63,384 nucleotides of DNA, filler included, from Octopus bimaculoides (GCF_001194135.2; 4 parts of 3 records of this genome joined end to end with filler, not necessarily neighbours in it); one strand, 5' to 3'; counted from the first letter of the whole stretch, positions 11,690-24,655 are shown. Notes: a model not told the origin generated them from the letters alone. Program-made: numbers and translations.

Positions 11690-12545
11690 TTTTAGACTTC
11701 GCCGTGGCGAAGAAGTCTGTTTCTATAGCAACCAAAGCAAAGAAGCAGCATGTGTTCCATAGCTGATTGCGAAGAACTCTGTTTCTATAGAAACCAAAGA
11801 TGCTGCGCATGCGCACAAGAAGTGTAACCACCGCTTGTTCTATAATTGTTTGTTTTCATAACAGATGGAACTCACACTCAACAAATTGAAAGTATCTGGA
11901 CGTGATTGACTCTTATCTTTATGAATTTATGTGGAGAAGGAGATACAAGATAATTTATTTTATAAAATCCTTGAATATTTTTAACTAATAAAATTATGTT
12001 TTAAACAATGTTTTCACTGTTATTTCTAGCAACTCCTGTTTGTTCGTTCGTAGTTTTTAAATATTTAATTTGCGCTTGAATGTTTTAATATTAACTTTGC
12101 TCGTGTATCTACTAATGTTTTGACCGTTATTTCTAGCAACTCCTGTTTGTTTGTTTGCTCGTAGCTTTTAAATATTTAATTTGCTCGCGTAACTAATTTA
12201 ATGTTTTGACATGCCGATGCCCCATGCTCCGCCCTGATGATGGAAGAGGTAGCATCTTTGTTTTCTGATTGACTGAAAATTCTGAAAATTATCAAACTTT
12301 GAAAACCTGTAACATTTTTGCAAATTTTTTTTCTGGAATAAATAAATAACAAACGCAGATTCAGCGTCAAAAATTACATCTATATGATACATTAAAAAAA
12401 AATTTTAAGATAATTGTAAACAGTGACGAAAACCACGAAGATCCGTAATTTAATATGTTCACCACAGTATCTGATTTACGCCGTGTTTTCCTTCGGCCAA
12501 TTTGATCTTGAGATGCATGTGCATGGTGGTATTCGTCAATATTAT
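11690..12545 (+). mobile_element. Non-autonomous Merlin (IS1595/ISXO2-like) DNA transposon relic; boundaries uncertain
   Basis: 11861-11899 encodes TDGTHTQQIESIW and 11908-11946 encodes DSYLYEFMWRRRY, matching the ISXO2/Merlin motifs HT(N/Q).IE..W and YL.EF.WR. The residues between them are deleted. TIRs were not identified. Confidence 0.72.
12019..12210 (+). repeat. Two-copy tandem repeat, period about 107 bp
   Basis: GTTATTTCTAGCAACTCCTGTTTG..TTTTAAATATTTAATTTG starts at 12019 and again at 12126. Confidence 0.85.
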
Positions 12546-12829
12546 ACAGGTATGCACACACGAGATATACACGATATAAATACCCGACACGTACACGCAC
12601 GCACATGCACACACAAACACAAACACAAACACACACCCAGCGCTCTCTTACGCACGAACGCGCATTCACACATACACACACACTCACTTTCTCTCTCTCT
12701 CTCTCTCTCCCTCCCTCTCTCCCTCCCTCTTTCCCTCTCTCTCTCTCCCCTCTCTCTCTCTCTCTCTCTTTATTCTTTCTTTCTCTTCCTCTTTCACATA
12801 CATTCTCATTCACATCCATATAAATGTAG

Positions 12830-13335
12830 AATTGCCTATGTGCCTGCTTCAGGTCTATCTGCTTGCTTTATGTCTGTCTGCCTGCTTCAAGTTTGTCTGT
12901 CAGCTTCAGATCTGTCTGTCTGCCTGCTTCATGTCTCTGTGTCTGCTTCGGGTCGGTCTGCCTGCTTCAAGTCTGTCTGCCTGCTTCACATCTGTCTGCC
13001 TGCTTCAAGTTTGTCTGTCTATCTGCTTCAGATTTGTCTGTCTGCTTGCTTGAGGTTTGTCTGTCTGTTTTACGTCTGTCTGCATGCTTTTAGATCTGTC
13101 TGCCTGATTCAGGTTTGTCTGCTTCAGGTCTGTCTGCTTCAGGTCTGTGTGTCTGCATCAGAACTGTCTGCCTGCTTCAAGTCTTTCTGTCTGCTTCAAA
13201 TCTGTCTGTCTGTCTACTTCAAATTTGTCTTTTTTATTCAGGTCTGTCTGGTTGCTAGGTTTGTCTGCCTGCTTCAGGTCTGTCTGCCTGCTTCAGATCT
13301 ATCTGTCTGCTTCAAGTCTGTCTGCCTGCTTCGAT
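12830..13335 (+). repeat. Degenerate minisatellite, unit about 18-22 bp (TCTGTCTGCCTGCTTCAG/A)
   Basis: Roughly two dozen imperfect units are visible. Confidence 0.9.
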
Positions 13336-13511
13336 TTTGAATATCTACAACCTGAATGTTTTTTAAAATATGAAATGAAAGTTTAAAAGAAACACTCATC
13401 CTTATGTTCTTTAGTTTAAAAACCTTTGTGAACGACACATGTGAAAACGGCTGCTTCAAGCATACGCTTTTGATTTCATTTCTGGTTCTCGTGGTAATAT
13501 TATACAAGGTG

Positions 13512-13617
13512 TAAGGCGGAGAAATGCTTAGCGGTATTTCGTCTGCCGCTATGTTCTGAGTTCAAATTCCGCCGAGGTCGACTTTGCCTTTTATCCTTTC
13601 GGGGTCGATTAAATAAG
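13512..13617 (+). mobile_element. SINE family A fragment
   Basis: GAAATGCTTAGCGGTATTTCGTCTGCC..GAGTTCAAATTCCGCCGAGGTCGACTTTGCC. Confidence 0.9.
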
Positions 13618-13761
13618 TTGGGGCATTAATTGGTCTCTCAACATGATGAGGTAAGTCTCACCAGTTACATGTTCATGGAAGAAAAGTGGCCTCGACACAT
13701 GAGATTTCCTATGAGATCAGACTTTAGGAACACTCTGTATATACACATATAATATTCATAA

Positions 13762-14307
13762 TGTGTGTCCGCCGTTGTCGACGATGACCAAGGACATCAC
13801 GTGGGAGAAGATGGGTCGCGGTCCGGCCGGCTGTGGCCGATTAGGTCTATGCGTGCTTGGAAGGTTCTGCTGCAAGTCGGGCAGGGCACTGGTGGTCTAC
13901 TAGGAATGAAAGCAAGGAGTTGGCTCTGGACTTGCACAGCTCACGTTTTCTTCATGCTCCTGCGATCCTATTCTGTTCATATGAGGTGGCACCTCTGTTG
14001 GTGCTGCTACGCCGGGAAGGGTTGTCCTGTGCTTGCATTTCTCAGATGTGGGTGTTGATCTGAAAGCACTACATCGAGGTTTTAAATGTATCTTTGAAGT
14101 CCCATTTCTGCCCACTTTGTGTAAAGCAGTCTTGGGTATTTGTACATCAGGCATTCGAACAAGATGGCCTTCCCACCTGATCTGCGCTCTCCTCAGCAAT
14201 GTGTAAACGCTTGGCAGATCATCTCAGGAGAGGACCTCTGTGTCTGGTACCTTGCCTTGCCAGACGATTTTCAACAACTTTCTCTGACAGTTCACAAAAC
14301 AGAAAGT
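13762..14307 (-). mobile_element. RTE LINE 3' end fragment
   Basis: RKLLKIVWQGKVPDTEVL, LRRAQIRWEGHLVRMPD..IPK, a C-terminal C..C..F.AR..L.GH zinc-finger-like stretch, and a 3' UTR TGATGTCCTTGGTCA shared with the copy ending near 27500. Confidence 0.88.
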
Positions 14308-14589
14308 CATAGACAGTCAGATACATACAGCCTACATACTTACATCCATATTTACAGACATACACACATACACACACTCTTACAAATATACATATTGTAT
14401 ACTGTTATGTGATTGTTCGTAACAGCAAGTTATTCACATATACAATAAACTACGCAATACTTTATGATGCAGACTTAAATATATTTCTTTGGCAAGTTTG
14501 CAGCTTTATATATATTCGTTCCAATCCCCGTGACTTCTTAAAAGTTATATATTATATATAATATATAACATGCAATATGTGATGTGCAA

Positions 14590-15182
14590 TATATAGATAG
14601 AGAGAGAGAGAGAGAGAGAAAGATGTGTGTGCGTCTTTGTGTGTGTGTGTGTATACATACATGCATACATATATACATACATACATACATATATATACAT
14701 ACATACATACATACATACATACATACATACATACATACACACATGTACACATACACATATACATATATATACACACATAAATGTATGACATTCGAAATTT
14801 TTATTCTATACAGTATCAGTTTGTAACTTGACCCTCTGAGATTCTATAAAGTAATTATGAAGAATATGGTGGTTTTGATTACATGAAATACATTCTGGTT
14901 TTCGCCGCTATTGATATTAGAAACAACCTGAAGAAATTATTAACTTGAACAAAAGGAAAAACGGGTTATTTCCCACCAGTGACAATTCTGCTGTAATTTA
15001 GGGAAAATTGAATTATTTATATGGCTATCTTAGCATGGACACAGTCAACTACCCTTTGACTGAAAGAAGGAATGCAGAAAAGTAATAACTGTATATGTAT
15101 GTATGTATGTATGTATGTTTTTTGTGTATGTATATTTGTATTATGAGTGCGTGTATATATGTAAGCATATATATGTAGATAA

Positions 15183-15252
<70 letters not shown>

Positions 15253-15319
15253 GTGTATGCATGTGTCTGAGTATTTACATAATGACTTTCATCTATCTAT
15301 CTGTTTCATAATGACTTTC

Positions 15320-15351
<32 letters not shown>

Positions 15352-15449
15352 GTCTGTCTATCTATCTATCTGTCTGTACCTGTCTACCACTCTGTCTATC
15401 TGTCTGTCTTTTGTGTCTAGCTATCTATCTTTTTATTTGTGTGTGTGTG

Positions 15450-15487
<38 letters not shown>

Positions 15488-15634
15488 AATCTATCTATCT
15501 AACTATCTATCTATTTATTTGTGTCTGTCTATCTACCTATCTATCTATCTATCTATTTGTGCGTACACACATCCATATATGCATCCATACTTGTATACAT
15601 ATATACATACATACACCAAGACACACACACACAT

Positions 15635-15671
<37 letters not shown>

Positions 15672-16356
15672 TAAACAAATGGAAGAAAGTTGCAGTCAAC
15701 TCGTAGTTCAAGCTGCTTCACATTACTCATTGTTTTGTAGGTGCAGACGGGCATCCACATATTCAGACGTACTGAATCAGAGTAAGAACAATTTAAAGAT
15801 GGCTTCTATGTAAGACTATGTGCGTGGGAGAGGCGATTCCATTGGTCAATCCTGATCACATGTTTCGCTTAATAACACAACAGAATCAGCACATGTATGT
15901 ATGTATGTATGTATGTATGTATGTATGTATGTATGTACGTGTATATATGTATGTACGTGAATATATATGTATAGATATATGTGTGTGTATGTGTGTATTT
16001 GTATGTATGCATGTATGTATGTATGTATGTATGTATGTATGTATTTATGTGTGTATGTACGTGTATGTATGTACGTGTATGTATGTACGTATATATATAT
16101 GTATAGATATATATGTGTGTGTATGTGTGTGTATGTATGTATGCATGTATGTATGTATGTATGTGTGTGTGTATGCATGTATCTGCATGTATGCATGTAT
16201 GTGTATGTATGTGTGTACATGTATGTGTATGTATGTATATATGTGTGTGTATCTATGTATGTATGTGTCTATGTATGCATGTGTGTGTATGTATGTCTGT
16301 ATGTGTGTATGTATGTGTGTATGTATGTATGTGTGTGTATGTATGTATGTACATAC
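14590..16356. repeat. Clustered (TACA)n, (GATA)n/(TATC)n, (CA)n and (TATG)n microsatellite blocks with short unique spacers
   Basis: Directly visible; these account for the YVCM/HTHT/SIYL ORFs. Confidence 0.92.
15741..15781 (+). CDS. Candidate 41-nt internal exon (unidentified)
   Basis: Acceptor CATTGTTTTGTAG| and donor CAGA|GTAAGA. Two frames are open (VQTGIHIFRRTES or CRRASTYSDVLNQ). Confidence 0.3.
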
Positions 16357-17261
16357 ATTTCTTCAGGGCGTTGCCCCAGCATGGCCACTGTCTAATGACT
16401 GAAACAAATAAAAGAAGATGAAAGAAGAAAGAAGTCAATAGGAGTGTGACCCACCCCCTACACACACACACACATGTTTTAGTAAATACAGTTTTAAATG
16501 TGAGCTACTTTAAGTTTCAAGGTCGGATAGTACAATAATCGGATTGCCTTTTATAGTATCGCTTGTATTAACGTTCTCGTAAGCGCCAGTGAAGAGTATT
16601 ACAATCGGGGAAATTAGGAAACCAGAAATTGGGACTGGTAAAGTCACAGGAATTCTCCGACAACCACTTCTGTCGTTTTCTGGAGGTCTAGCAAGGAGCC
16701 AAATGTTCCTGTCGCACATATGGCCTTCCCACAGCAATCCTTTCCAGCCCGGGTTTGACCAGTTTCATAGCCGTCTAAATTGTACTTAAAACCCTGTTCA
16801 TCAATTGTTTGATGAACTATGATATACGGACGCAAACCGAATGCCTTCTGTGCTTTACTACATAGATGTTGTAGATAATTGTTGATCACCTCCACTGTTG
16901 GGTTAACCTACAATTTAAGGTGTCTAGATAGAAGCCAGCAAGTGAAGAGCAATACAGTAGTACGAAAAGTAATCGTACAAAGATTAAGTAAAAAGACATT
17001 GGATATTAAACTTGATGTTTTAGAAAAAGGCTTCCTATAGGAGACAAAAATCAGCTACATTGCAAAAACATTTTTATTTCTAGCAAAGTGGATCACCCCA
17101 ACGCTACCACAGTAATGTAAAAGCCTACTGAGATTTTGTAAAACAGGTGAATTGGACGTGTGTGTGCATGTGTGTGTGTGTATGTGTTTGAGTGTACTGC
17201 ATAACATCTTTGACAACATTCTAATGATTATGATAACGCGCTGTAATAATGGTTTTAAATT

Positions 17262-17460
17262 TTAGTACAAGACCAGCAGTTTTAGGTGAGATAGTAATCC
17301 GATTAAATCGACCCCAGAACTTCACTGAGACTTATTTTATAGACCACGAAAGGATGAATGACAAAGTCGACCTCGGCGGAATTTGAACTCAGAACGTAGA
17401 GACGGACGAAATGCCGCTTAGCATTTTGCTCGGCATGACTAACGATTCTGCTAACTTGCC
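17262..17460 (-). mobile_element. SINE family A
   Basis: AAAGTCGACCTCGGCGGAATTTGAACTCAGAACGTA..GAAATGCCGCTTAGCATTTT. Confidence 0.9.
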
Positions 17461-18094
17461 AACTTTAGCGCGCCGAAATATAATAGCAATGAATAACAAC
17501 AATAACAATACCATCTCCACCACCACGATGATGACGATGACGACGGCCACCACCACCACCACTTCCGCCACAACAACAACTGATTCTAATTTAAGCACAA
17601 GGCTAACAAGGGGAAGAAAAGATAAACCAATGAATAAATGCCACGCTCGGTGAAATGCACAATTCACATTTGCCCTTGAGACATTTTGAATATAATGCTT
17701 TCTGATGCCCTTTGATATGGACCATCGCTAGTCAAATCGTTCCTTACTAAACAATTGAACAATAAGAATTTGATTAAGAATTTATTCATTNNNNNNNNNN
17801 NNNNNNNNNNNNNNNNNNNNNNNNNNNNNNNNNNNNNNNNNNNNNNNNNNNNNNNNNNNNNNNNNNNNNNNNNNNNNNNNNNNNNNNNNNNNNNNNNNNN
17901 NNNNNNNNNNNNNNNNNNNNNNNNNNNNNNNNNNNNNNNNNNNNNNNNNNNNNNNNNNNNNNNNNNNNNNNNNNNNNNNNNNNNNNNNNNNNNNNNNNNN
18001 NNNNNNNNNNNNNNNNNNNNNNNNNNNNNNNNNNNNNNNNNNNNNNNNNNNNNNNNNNNNNNNNNNNNNNNNNNNNNNNNNNNNNNNNNNNNNN

Positions 18095-18472
18095 AGTTCA
18101 AATTCTGCAGAGGTCGACTTTGACTTTCATCTTTTCAGAGTCAATAGAATAAATAGTAGTTGAGTACTGGGTGTAGATGTAATCGACTTACACCCCACCC
18201 TCACTGAAATTGCTGGCCTTGAGCCAAAATTTGAAATCAATATTTATATGGAGAATAAGGCGATGAGCTAGCGAAATCGTTAGCACGCCGGGCAAAAAGC
18301 TTAACGGCATATCTTCAGACTGTACGTTCTGAGTTCAAATTCCGCCGATGTCGACTTTGCCTTTCATCCTTTCGGAGTTGGTAAAATAAGTACCAGTTGA
18401 GCACTGGGGTCGATGTAATCGATTTCCTCCTTCCTCCGAAAATACTGGCCTTGTACCAAAATTTGAAACGAA
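18095..18472 (+). mobile_element. Two tandem SINE family A copies (18095-18240 partial; 18256-18472 near full length)
   Basis: Both carry GAGTTCAAATTC..GTCGACTTTG..CATC(C)TTT and the TACTGGCCTTG..CCAAAATTTGAAA tail. Confidence 0.88.
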
Positions 18473-19187
18473 TATGTAAATGAAGAATTACTACAATTCC
18501 AAAAGCAGCGATCTATATCTCAGGAACTGGATTGTCATTGGAATTCTGCAGACTCAAAAGGAAAATAAAGAATTAAACTCGAAGTAAATGGCATTCGTTA
18601 TATTTATCTCTCTATCTGTCTAATATACATAAATTATATAAATATGTGTGTGTACGCGCGCGTGTGTACATACAAATACTATTTATTAATCAGAGGGAGT
18701 GTGGCGGTGCTCATGACCTTTGACACCACACCTTCTTCTATAATCATGTCCAAACTCCAATTCGCTACTGGAGATGATATTTTAATGGTGTTTAAACAAT
18801 AAAAGTGTTGGACCATTCATTGCTAGCAATCAATGTGTCAAAGCATAATATTACAGTGATAAAATTTTAGCAAATTGTTTTCTTCCACTTACGCAACTGC
18901 CTTCTTACGCCCAGACTGGTGTTCTGCCAACTACAGAAAAACTGCAACCATTCTGACAAAGTTATTCTCAATCACGGATTTGAGATTTCATTTTGGCAAC
19001 GAATCGACAGTCTCCAGATCTGAACTCCATTCGTTGAAAATTACGAACAGGTCATTAAATTTAGCTGATTTGAAGAATTGTGTCCATATCTTACAAATTT
19101 GATTTCGCAATATAGAAAAACTCGGCTGACAGTTTAATTACAAAGATGTTCTAAAAGCTGCAAGGTAATATGTGTAAATATACACAC

Positions 19188-19226
<39 letters not shown>

Positions 19227-19889
19227 NNNNNNNNNNNNNNNNNNNNNNNNNNNNNNNNNNNNNNNNNNNNNNNNNNNNNNNNNNNNNNNNNNNNNNNNNN
19301 NNNNNNNNNNNNNNNNNNNNNNNNNNNNNNNNNNNNNNNNNNNNNNNNNNNNNNNNNNNNNNNNNNNNNNNNNNNNNNNNNNNNNNNNNNNNNNNNNNNN
19401 NNNNNNNNNNNNNNNNNNNNNNNNNNNNNNNNNNNNNNNNNNNNNNNNNNNNNNNNNNNNNNNNNNNNNNNNNNNNNNNNNNNNNNNNNNNNNNNNNNNN
19501 NNNNNNNNNNNNNNNNNNNNNNNNNNNNNNNNNNNNNNNNNNNNNNNNNNNNNNNNNNNNNNNNNNNNNNNNNNNNNNNNNNNNNNNNNNNNNNNNNNNN
19601 NNNNNNNNNNNNNNNNNNNNNNNNNNNNNNNNNNNNNNNNNNNNNNNNNNNNNNNNNNNNNNNNNNNNNNNNNNNNNNNNNNNNNNNNNNNNNNNNNNNN
19701 NNNNNNNNNNNNNNNNNNNNNNNNNNNNNNNNNNNNNNNNNNNNNNNNNNNNNNNNNNNNNNNNNNNNNNNNNNNNNNNNNNNNNNNNNNNNNNNNNNNN
19801 NNNNNNNNNNNNNNNNNNNNNNNNNNNNNNNNNNNNNNNNNNNNNNNNNNNNNNNNNNNNNNNNNNNNNNNNNNNNNNNNNNNNNNNTG

Positions 19890-19970
19890 TATGTATGTAT
19901 ATACATACGTTTATACATATTTCTGTATCTATATATATATGGATTTATTGCATTTATATAGGTGCATGTG

Positions 19971-20018
<48 letters not shown>

Positions 20019-20356
20019 TGAAATACATGCAGCACATACATGCATACAAACATACTCTCACACGCTTTCGTACATACGCTCATACGCACACACATACAAT
20101 CGTACGTACATATACACAAGCATGCATATATAGAAACTTTCGTATATACAATGAAACACACACACACACTCATACATAATACATACATACATACATACAT
20201 ACATCCATCCATACATACGTACATACATACATCCATACATGCATACATACATACATACATACATACATACATACGTACATACATACATGCATACATACAT
20301 ACATACATACATACATACATACATACATACATACATACATACATACATACATGCAT
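19890..20356. repeat. (TG)n and long (TACA)n microsatellites
   Basis: Directly visible. Confidence 0.95.
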
Positions 20357-20827
20357 ACAGGCTTACAATATTCCTAGAAAGAAGCTATTATGATAGCTGC
20401 ACCTGCATCTCTGTCCAAGTAATTCTGTAATGTATATATAATACATATCTTCGCAGGAATTGCTACACTGATACTATGCAGATACCACACACAAATTCAT
20501 CTGCTTATTTTTATTTCCTGCATTATACACTTCCTGACTACTCACCTTACACAATGATCAAATATGAATTCATACATTTCAAATTGCGTGTCTTTATTTA
20601 TAGGTTTCTGTTCTTCACTTCCGAACGAGCATTTTTCTTCTTTCTTTTGTTTCGCGTTTGCTTACTTATCTCTTGCCAGAATTGCAAATATCGTTTATAT
20701 GTTCATTTACATGAATGACTTAGTACGCAGTGAGATTATATATATATGTGTGTATGTATGTGTGTACACACATACGCACATATATACAAACTTATGTATA
20801 CGTATACATACATATACATAATATATG

Positions 20828-20873
<46 letters not shown>

Positions 20874-21756
20874 GGAAATGTTCTCTGTGTGGCCTGTTTG
20901 TTTTCTGTGCTCTGTTTATGTTCTGTTTTTCATTTTGTCCACGTTTTTTGTGATGTCCTATACCCAGATATGCATCTATATATACATGTAGATGTAGGTA
21001 TGTGCATACATGTACGTATATATGCATATACTCACATATTATTTGTATGTATATATAGATATATAGATNNNNNNNNNNNNNNNNNNNNNNNNNNNNNNNN
21101 NNNNNNNNNNNNNNNNNNNNNNNNNNNNNNNNNNNNNNNNNNNNNNNNNNNNNNNNNNNNNNNNNNNNNNNNNNNNNNNNNNNNNNNNNNNNNNNNNNNN
21201 NNNNNNNNNNNNNNNNNNNNNNNNNNNNNNNNNNNNNNNNNNNNNNNNNNNNNNNNNNNNNNNNNNNNNNNNNNNNNNNNNNNNNNNNNNNNNNNNNNNN
21301 NNNNNNNNNNNNNNNNNNNNNNNNNNNNNNNNNNNNNNNNNNNNNNNNNNNNNNNNNNNNNNNNNNNNNNNNNNNNNNNNNNNNNNNNNNNNNNNNNNNN
21401 NNNNNNNNNNNNNNNNNNNNNNNNNNNNNNNNNNNNNNNNNNNNNNNNNNNNNNNNNNNNNNNNNNNNNNNNNNNNNNNNNNNNNNNNNNNNNNNNNNNN
21501 NNNNNNNNNNNNNNNNNNNNNNNNNNNNNNNNNNNNNNNNNNNNNNNNNNNNNNNNNNNNNNNNNNNNNNNNNNNNNNNNNNNNNNNNNNNNNNNNNNNN
21601 NNNNNNNNNNNNNNNNNNNNNNNNNNNNNNNNNNNNNNNNNNNNNNNNNNNNNNNNNNATATATATGTTCGTGCATAGACATGCATCTGAATATCTGTGT
21701 GTACATGCATACATATGTATATCGGAATGATTGACGAGTTTGCAGGCTTTGTCTAC

Positions 21757-21850
21757 GTGAGGCCCTGGGGGGTTTTATTAGCTAATGGTGAAAATTTATT
21801 AAAGAAACGCAATGAATTAATTGTTAACTGTAAACATGAATTATATAACA
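21757..21850 (+). mobile_element. Possible Penelope-like element ORF C-terminus
   Basis: LLANGENLLKKRNELIVNCKH resembles the recalled PLE C-terminal motif NLLNKRSEL..KCRH. Confidence 0.4.
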
Positions 21851-22557
21851 GGGGTTACTGGTTGGTTTCCAACTGGTCGCCGACTGGTTCACGCAGTCTT
21901 TCCTATGGAACATAATATTTTGCAAACATCAGTTACAAAACAAAACCACAAGTCTTCTACAGAATAAATACTCAAATCAAAGAATTCAGCACCGAAAATA
22001 TATGAGCAACATCAGAATTTATACCAAATCAGGAGCAGGTTCTATGAACCACGTTCAGATAATGAATTACACAGAATAAAGGTTCTAGCAAAACGTGATA
22101 TAACAACGAAACTGAGCCAAAGAGTGGGGAAGACACCCGGGCACACCAATAAAAAGCGACAATACCAGAGCTCTTGTGGTCATAAATAGGCAGGCTTCCA
22201 ACAGACTTGACAAAGAAATCAAGGAATACAATAAAAGGATAATATGAAAACATTTTGAGAGACTTCGGTCAGAAAATAACAATCCAAAAATTAAGAAGTA
22301 AGACAATTTTGCAAAAACCGAATATAATAATGAAATCGGGAAGAGAAACAACTACTGAATTTGTCAATGAAAAATTATAATATAGCAATGATCAGAAGTA
22401 ACAATTATTATAGTTAGTGTCGCCATTTTATTTGCTAATTTCTTGAAAATGATAAAGTATAACTTTCGAAATAGTCAAGTAAAACTGATAGTCATACACG
22501 GAAGAAACATATGTAATTGTGTATGTATGTATGTATTTATGTATGATTACGATTGAT

Positions 22558-22890
22558 TACGTTGGAGTGGCCATGTGATAAGAATGGAAAAAGACAGGAT
22601 CCTCAAGCAATTTCGTTTTGGTGAATTAAGTTAGGGCAAAAGGTAAGCACACAAACCGAAATTGAGATATAAAGACTACATGGAGAATTCACAGGAGTAG
22701 GTAAAAGTGTTGGAAAATGAGTGGGGAAACCTCGCTTTAGACTGTTCATCGTTGAAGAAAGCAGAGCATGATGGGAAGAAGGAATTCGAATAAAATCGGA
22801 TCAAGCATGAAGAGCTTAAGGATCATGAACAGCATGAGGCTATTAGTTTGCCTGAGTATGTCGGTGCACAACTTGATTAAACGTGTAACG

Positions 22891-22894
<4 letters not shown>
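22558..22894 (+). mobile_element. RTE LINE 3' fragment (second subfamily)
   Basis: WSGHVIRMEKDRILKQFRFGELS*GKR..KPKLRYKD. Confidence 0.8.
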
Positions 22895-22969
<75 letters not shown>

Positions 22970-22970
<1 letters not shown>

Positions 22971-23112
22971 CGTATACAACAGGCTTCAGTTTTTGTCTAC
23001 CAAATCTACTCAGAAGGCTTTGGTCGGCCTAAGTCTATAGAAGAAGACGTGTGCCCATGGTGCCACGAAGTACAACTGAACCCGGAACTATATGGTTGGA
23101 AAGCAAGCTTTT
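22970..23112 (-). mobile_element. SINE family B 5' half
   Basis: GGCTTTGGTCGGCC..TATAGAAGAAGAC..GCCCATGGTGCCACG..GAACCCGGAAC. Confidence 0.8.
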
Positions 23113-23508
23113 TTATTTCATATAATTTGCCATTTAGGCATTTACAAAGAGGGGACAAAACAAGGACAGACAAACATAAAGGGTGAAGAAGCTTTACACA
23201 ATTAAAAATTCAGAATGAAATTACGGATGAGATTATAAACAATGAATTTTACTAAGACAGGTTTTAAAATATTACGTCTGAATCATGTCGAAGGACAGAC
23301 ACTCAGCCATCTGGGTAGAACTTTTACTTTTTAACCCGGCCACTTTTTAACCTGGTGCCACTCATACCCAGCTTGCATACTACAGGGTTCCATCTTTTCA
23401 CAAACATATCTCGTGACAGATACCTCCTCTCCAGCCTGATCTTACTACCCCCTCCCCCGAAATTGTTAGCCTTGCACCAGAATTTGAAACCAATATGAAT
23501 AAATATAT

Positions 23509-24095
23509 GAAGGCGGTGAGCTGGCAGAAACGTTAGCACAACGGGCGAAATGCTTAGCGGTGTTTCGTCTGCCGTTACGTTCTGAGTTCAAATTCCGCCG
23601 AGGTCGACTTTGCCTTTCATCCTTTCGGGGTCGATACATTAAGTACCAGTTACGCACTGGGTTCGATGTAATCGACTTAACCCCTTTGTTTGTCCCCTCT
23701 ATGTTTAGCCCCCTGTGGGCAGTAAAGAAATTGAAGTGGTAACTAAAAAAGTTGACCAAGCCCTGGCCAGAGACGAAGGTGCCTGTCGNNNNNNNNNNNN
23801 NNNNNNNNNNNNNNNGAAGGCGGTGAGCTGGCAGAAACGTTAGCACAACGGGCGAAATGCTTAGCGGTGTTTCGTCTGCCGTTACGTTCTGAGTTCAAAT
23901 TCCGCCGAGGTCGACTTTGCCTTTCATCCTTTCGGGGTCGATACATTAAGTACCAGTTACGCACTGGGTTCGATGTAATCGACTTAACCCCTTTGTTTGT
24001 CCCCTCTATGTTTAGCCCCCTGTGGGCAGTAAAGAAATTGAAGTGGTAACTAAAAAAGTTGACCAAGCCCTGGCCAGAGACGAAGGTGCCTGTCG
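23509..24095 (+). mobile_element. SINE family A present twice as an identical 280-bp block (23509-23788, 23816-24095) around a 27-N gap
   Basis: The two blocks read identically; B box GAGTTCAAATTCC. Confidence 0.92.
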
Positions 24096-24655
24096 TAAGA
24101 AGCAGCCACGCCTGCGTCTATACAAATATGAATAAGTATATGTAACATCTCGTATAAACTCTTGCAATCAATAAGTGTTAGCCCAACTTTTTTGTCTCTT
24201 TAAATACGCACGCACGCGCGCACACAGAGGAGGAGGAGGGAAAAGAGGAGAGACAGAGGAGGAGACATTTGAAGCAGAACAATGCGTGATGTGTATATCG
24301 AATGAGACGTAGGTATAAAAATAATGTCAAATAGTTCGAATAAATAAGAAATCGAATCCATGCTTTTCGTGCATCCTCTGGAGAATTTACCAGAGAATTA
24401 CCATTCTTGTGGAAAATATTATTATTATTCCACTCTCTCTATCTGTTTGGTAACTTTATTACATTGACTCACTTTTAGGTTACATGTTGTCTTTTATCTG
24501 GAAATAGTTCCTGCTATTGTGCTTTGAATATACGAGTAGTATGAATATGCATAAATGAACGAGTAAGAGAGGGAGAGATATAGAGTGAGAGATATGTGTA
24601 CGTGTGTCTGTTTGAGGTTGTGTGTGTGTGCGTGCATGTCTGTATGTGCATGTCT

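Noticed and set aside
15017-15062. Minus-strand terminal exon QRVVDCVHAKIAI* after a strong acceptor
   Set aside because: Very short, with no supporting upstream exon or homology.
20547-20665. Minus-strand exon KQKKEEKCSFGSEEQKPINKDTQFEMYEFIFDHCV with AAG|GTGAGT donor
   Set aside because: Good donor, but no credible polypyrimidine acceptor before the upstream in-frame stop.
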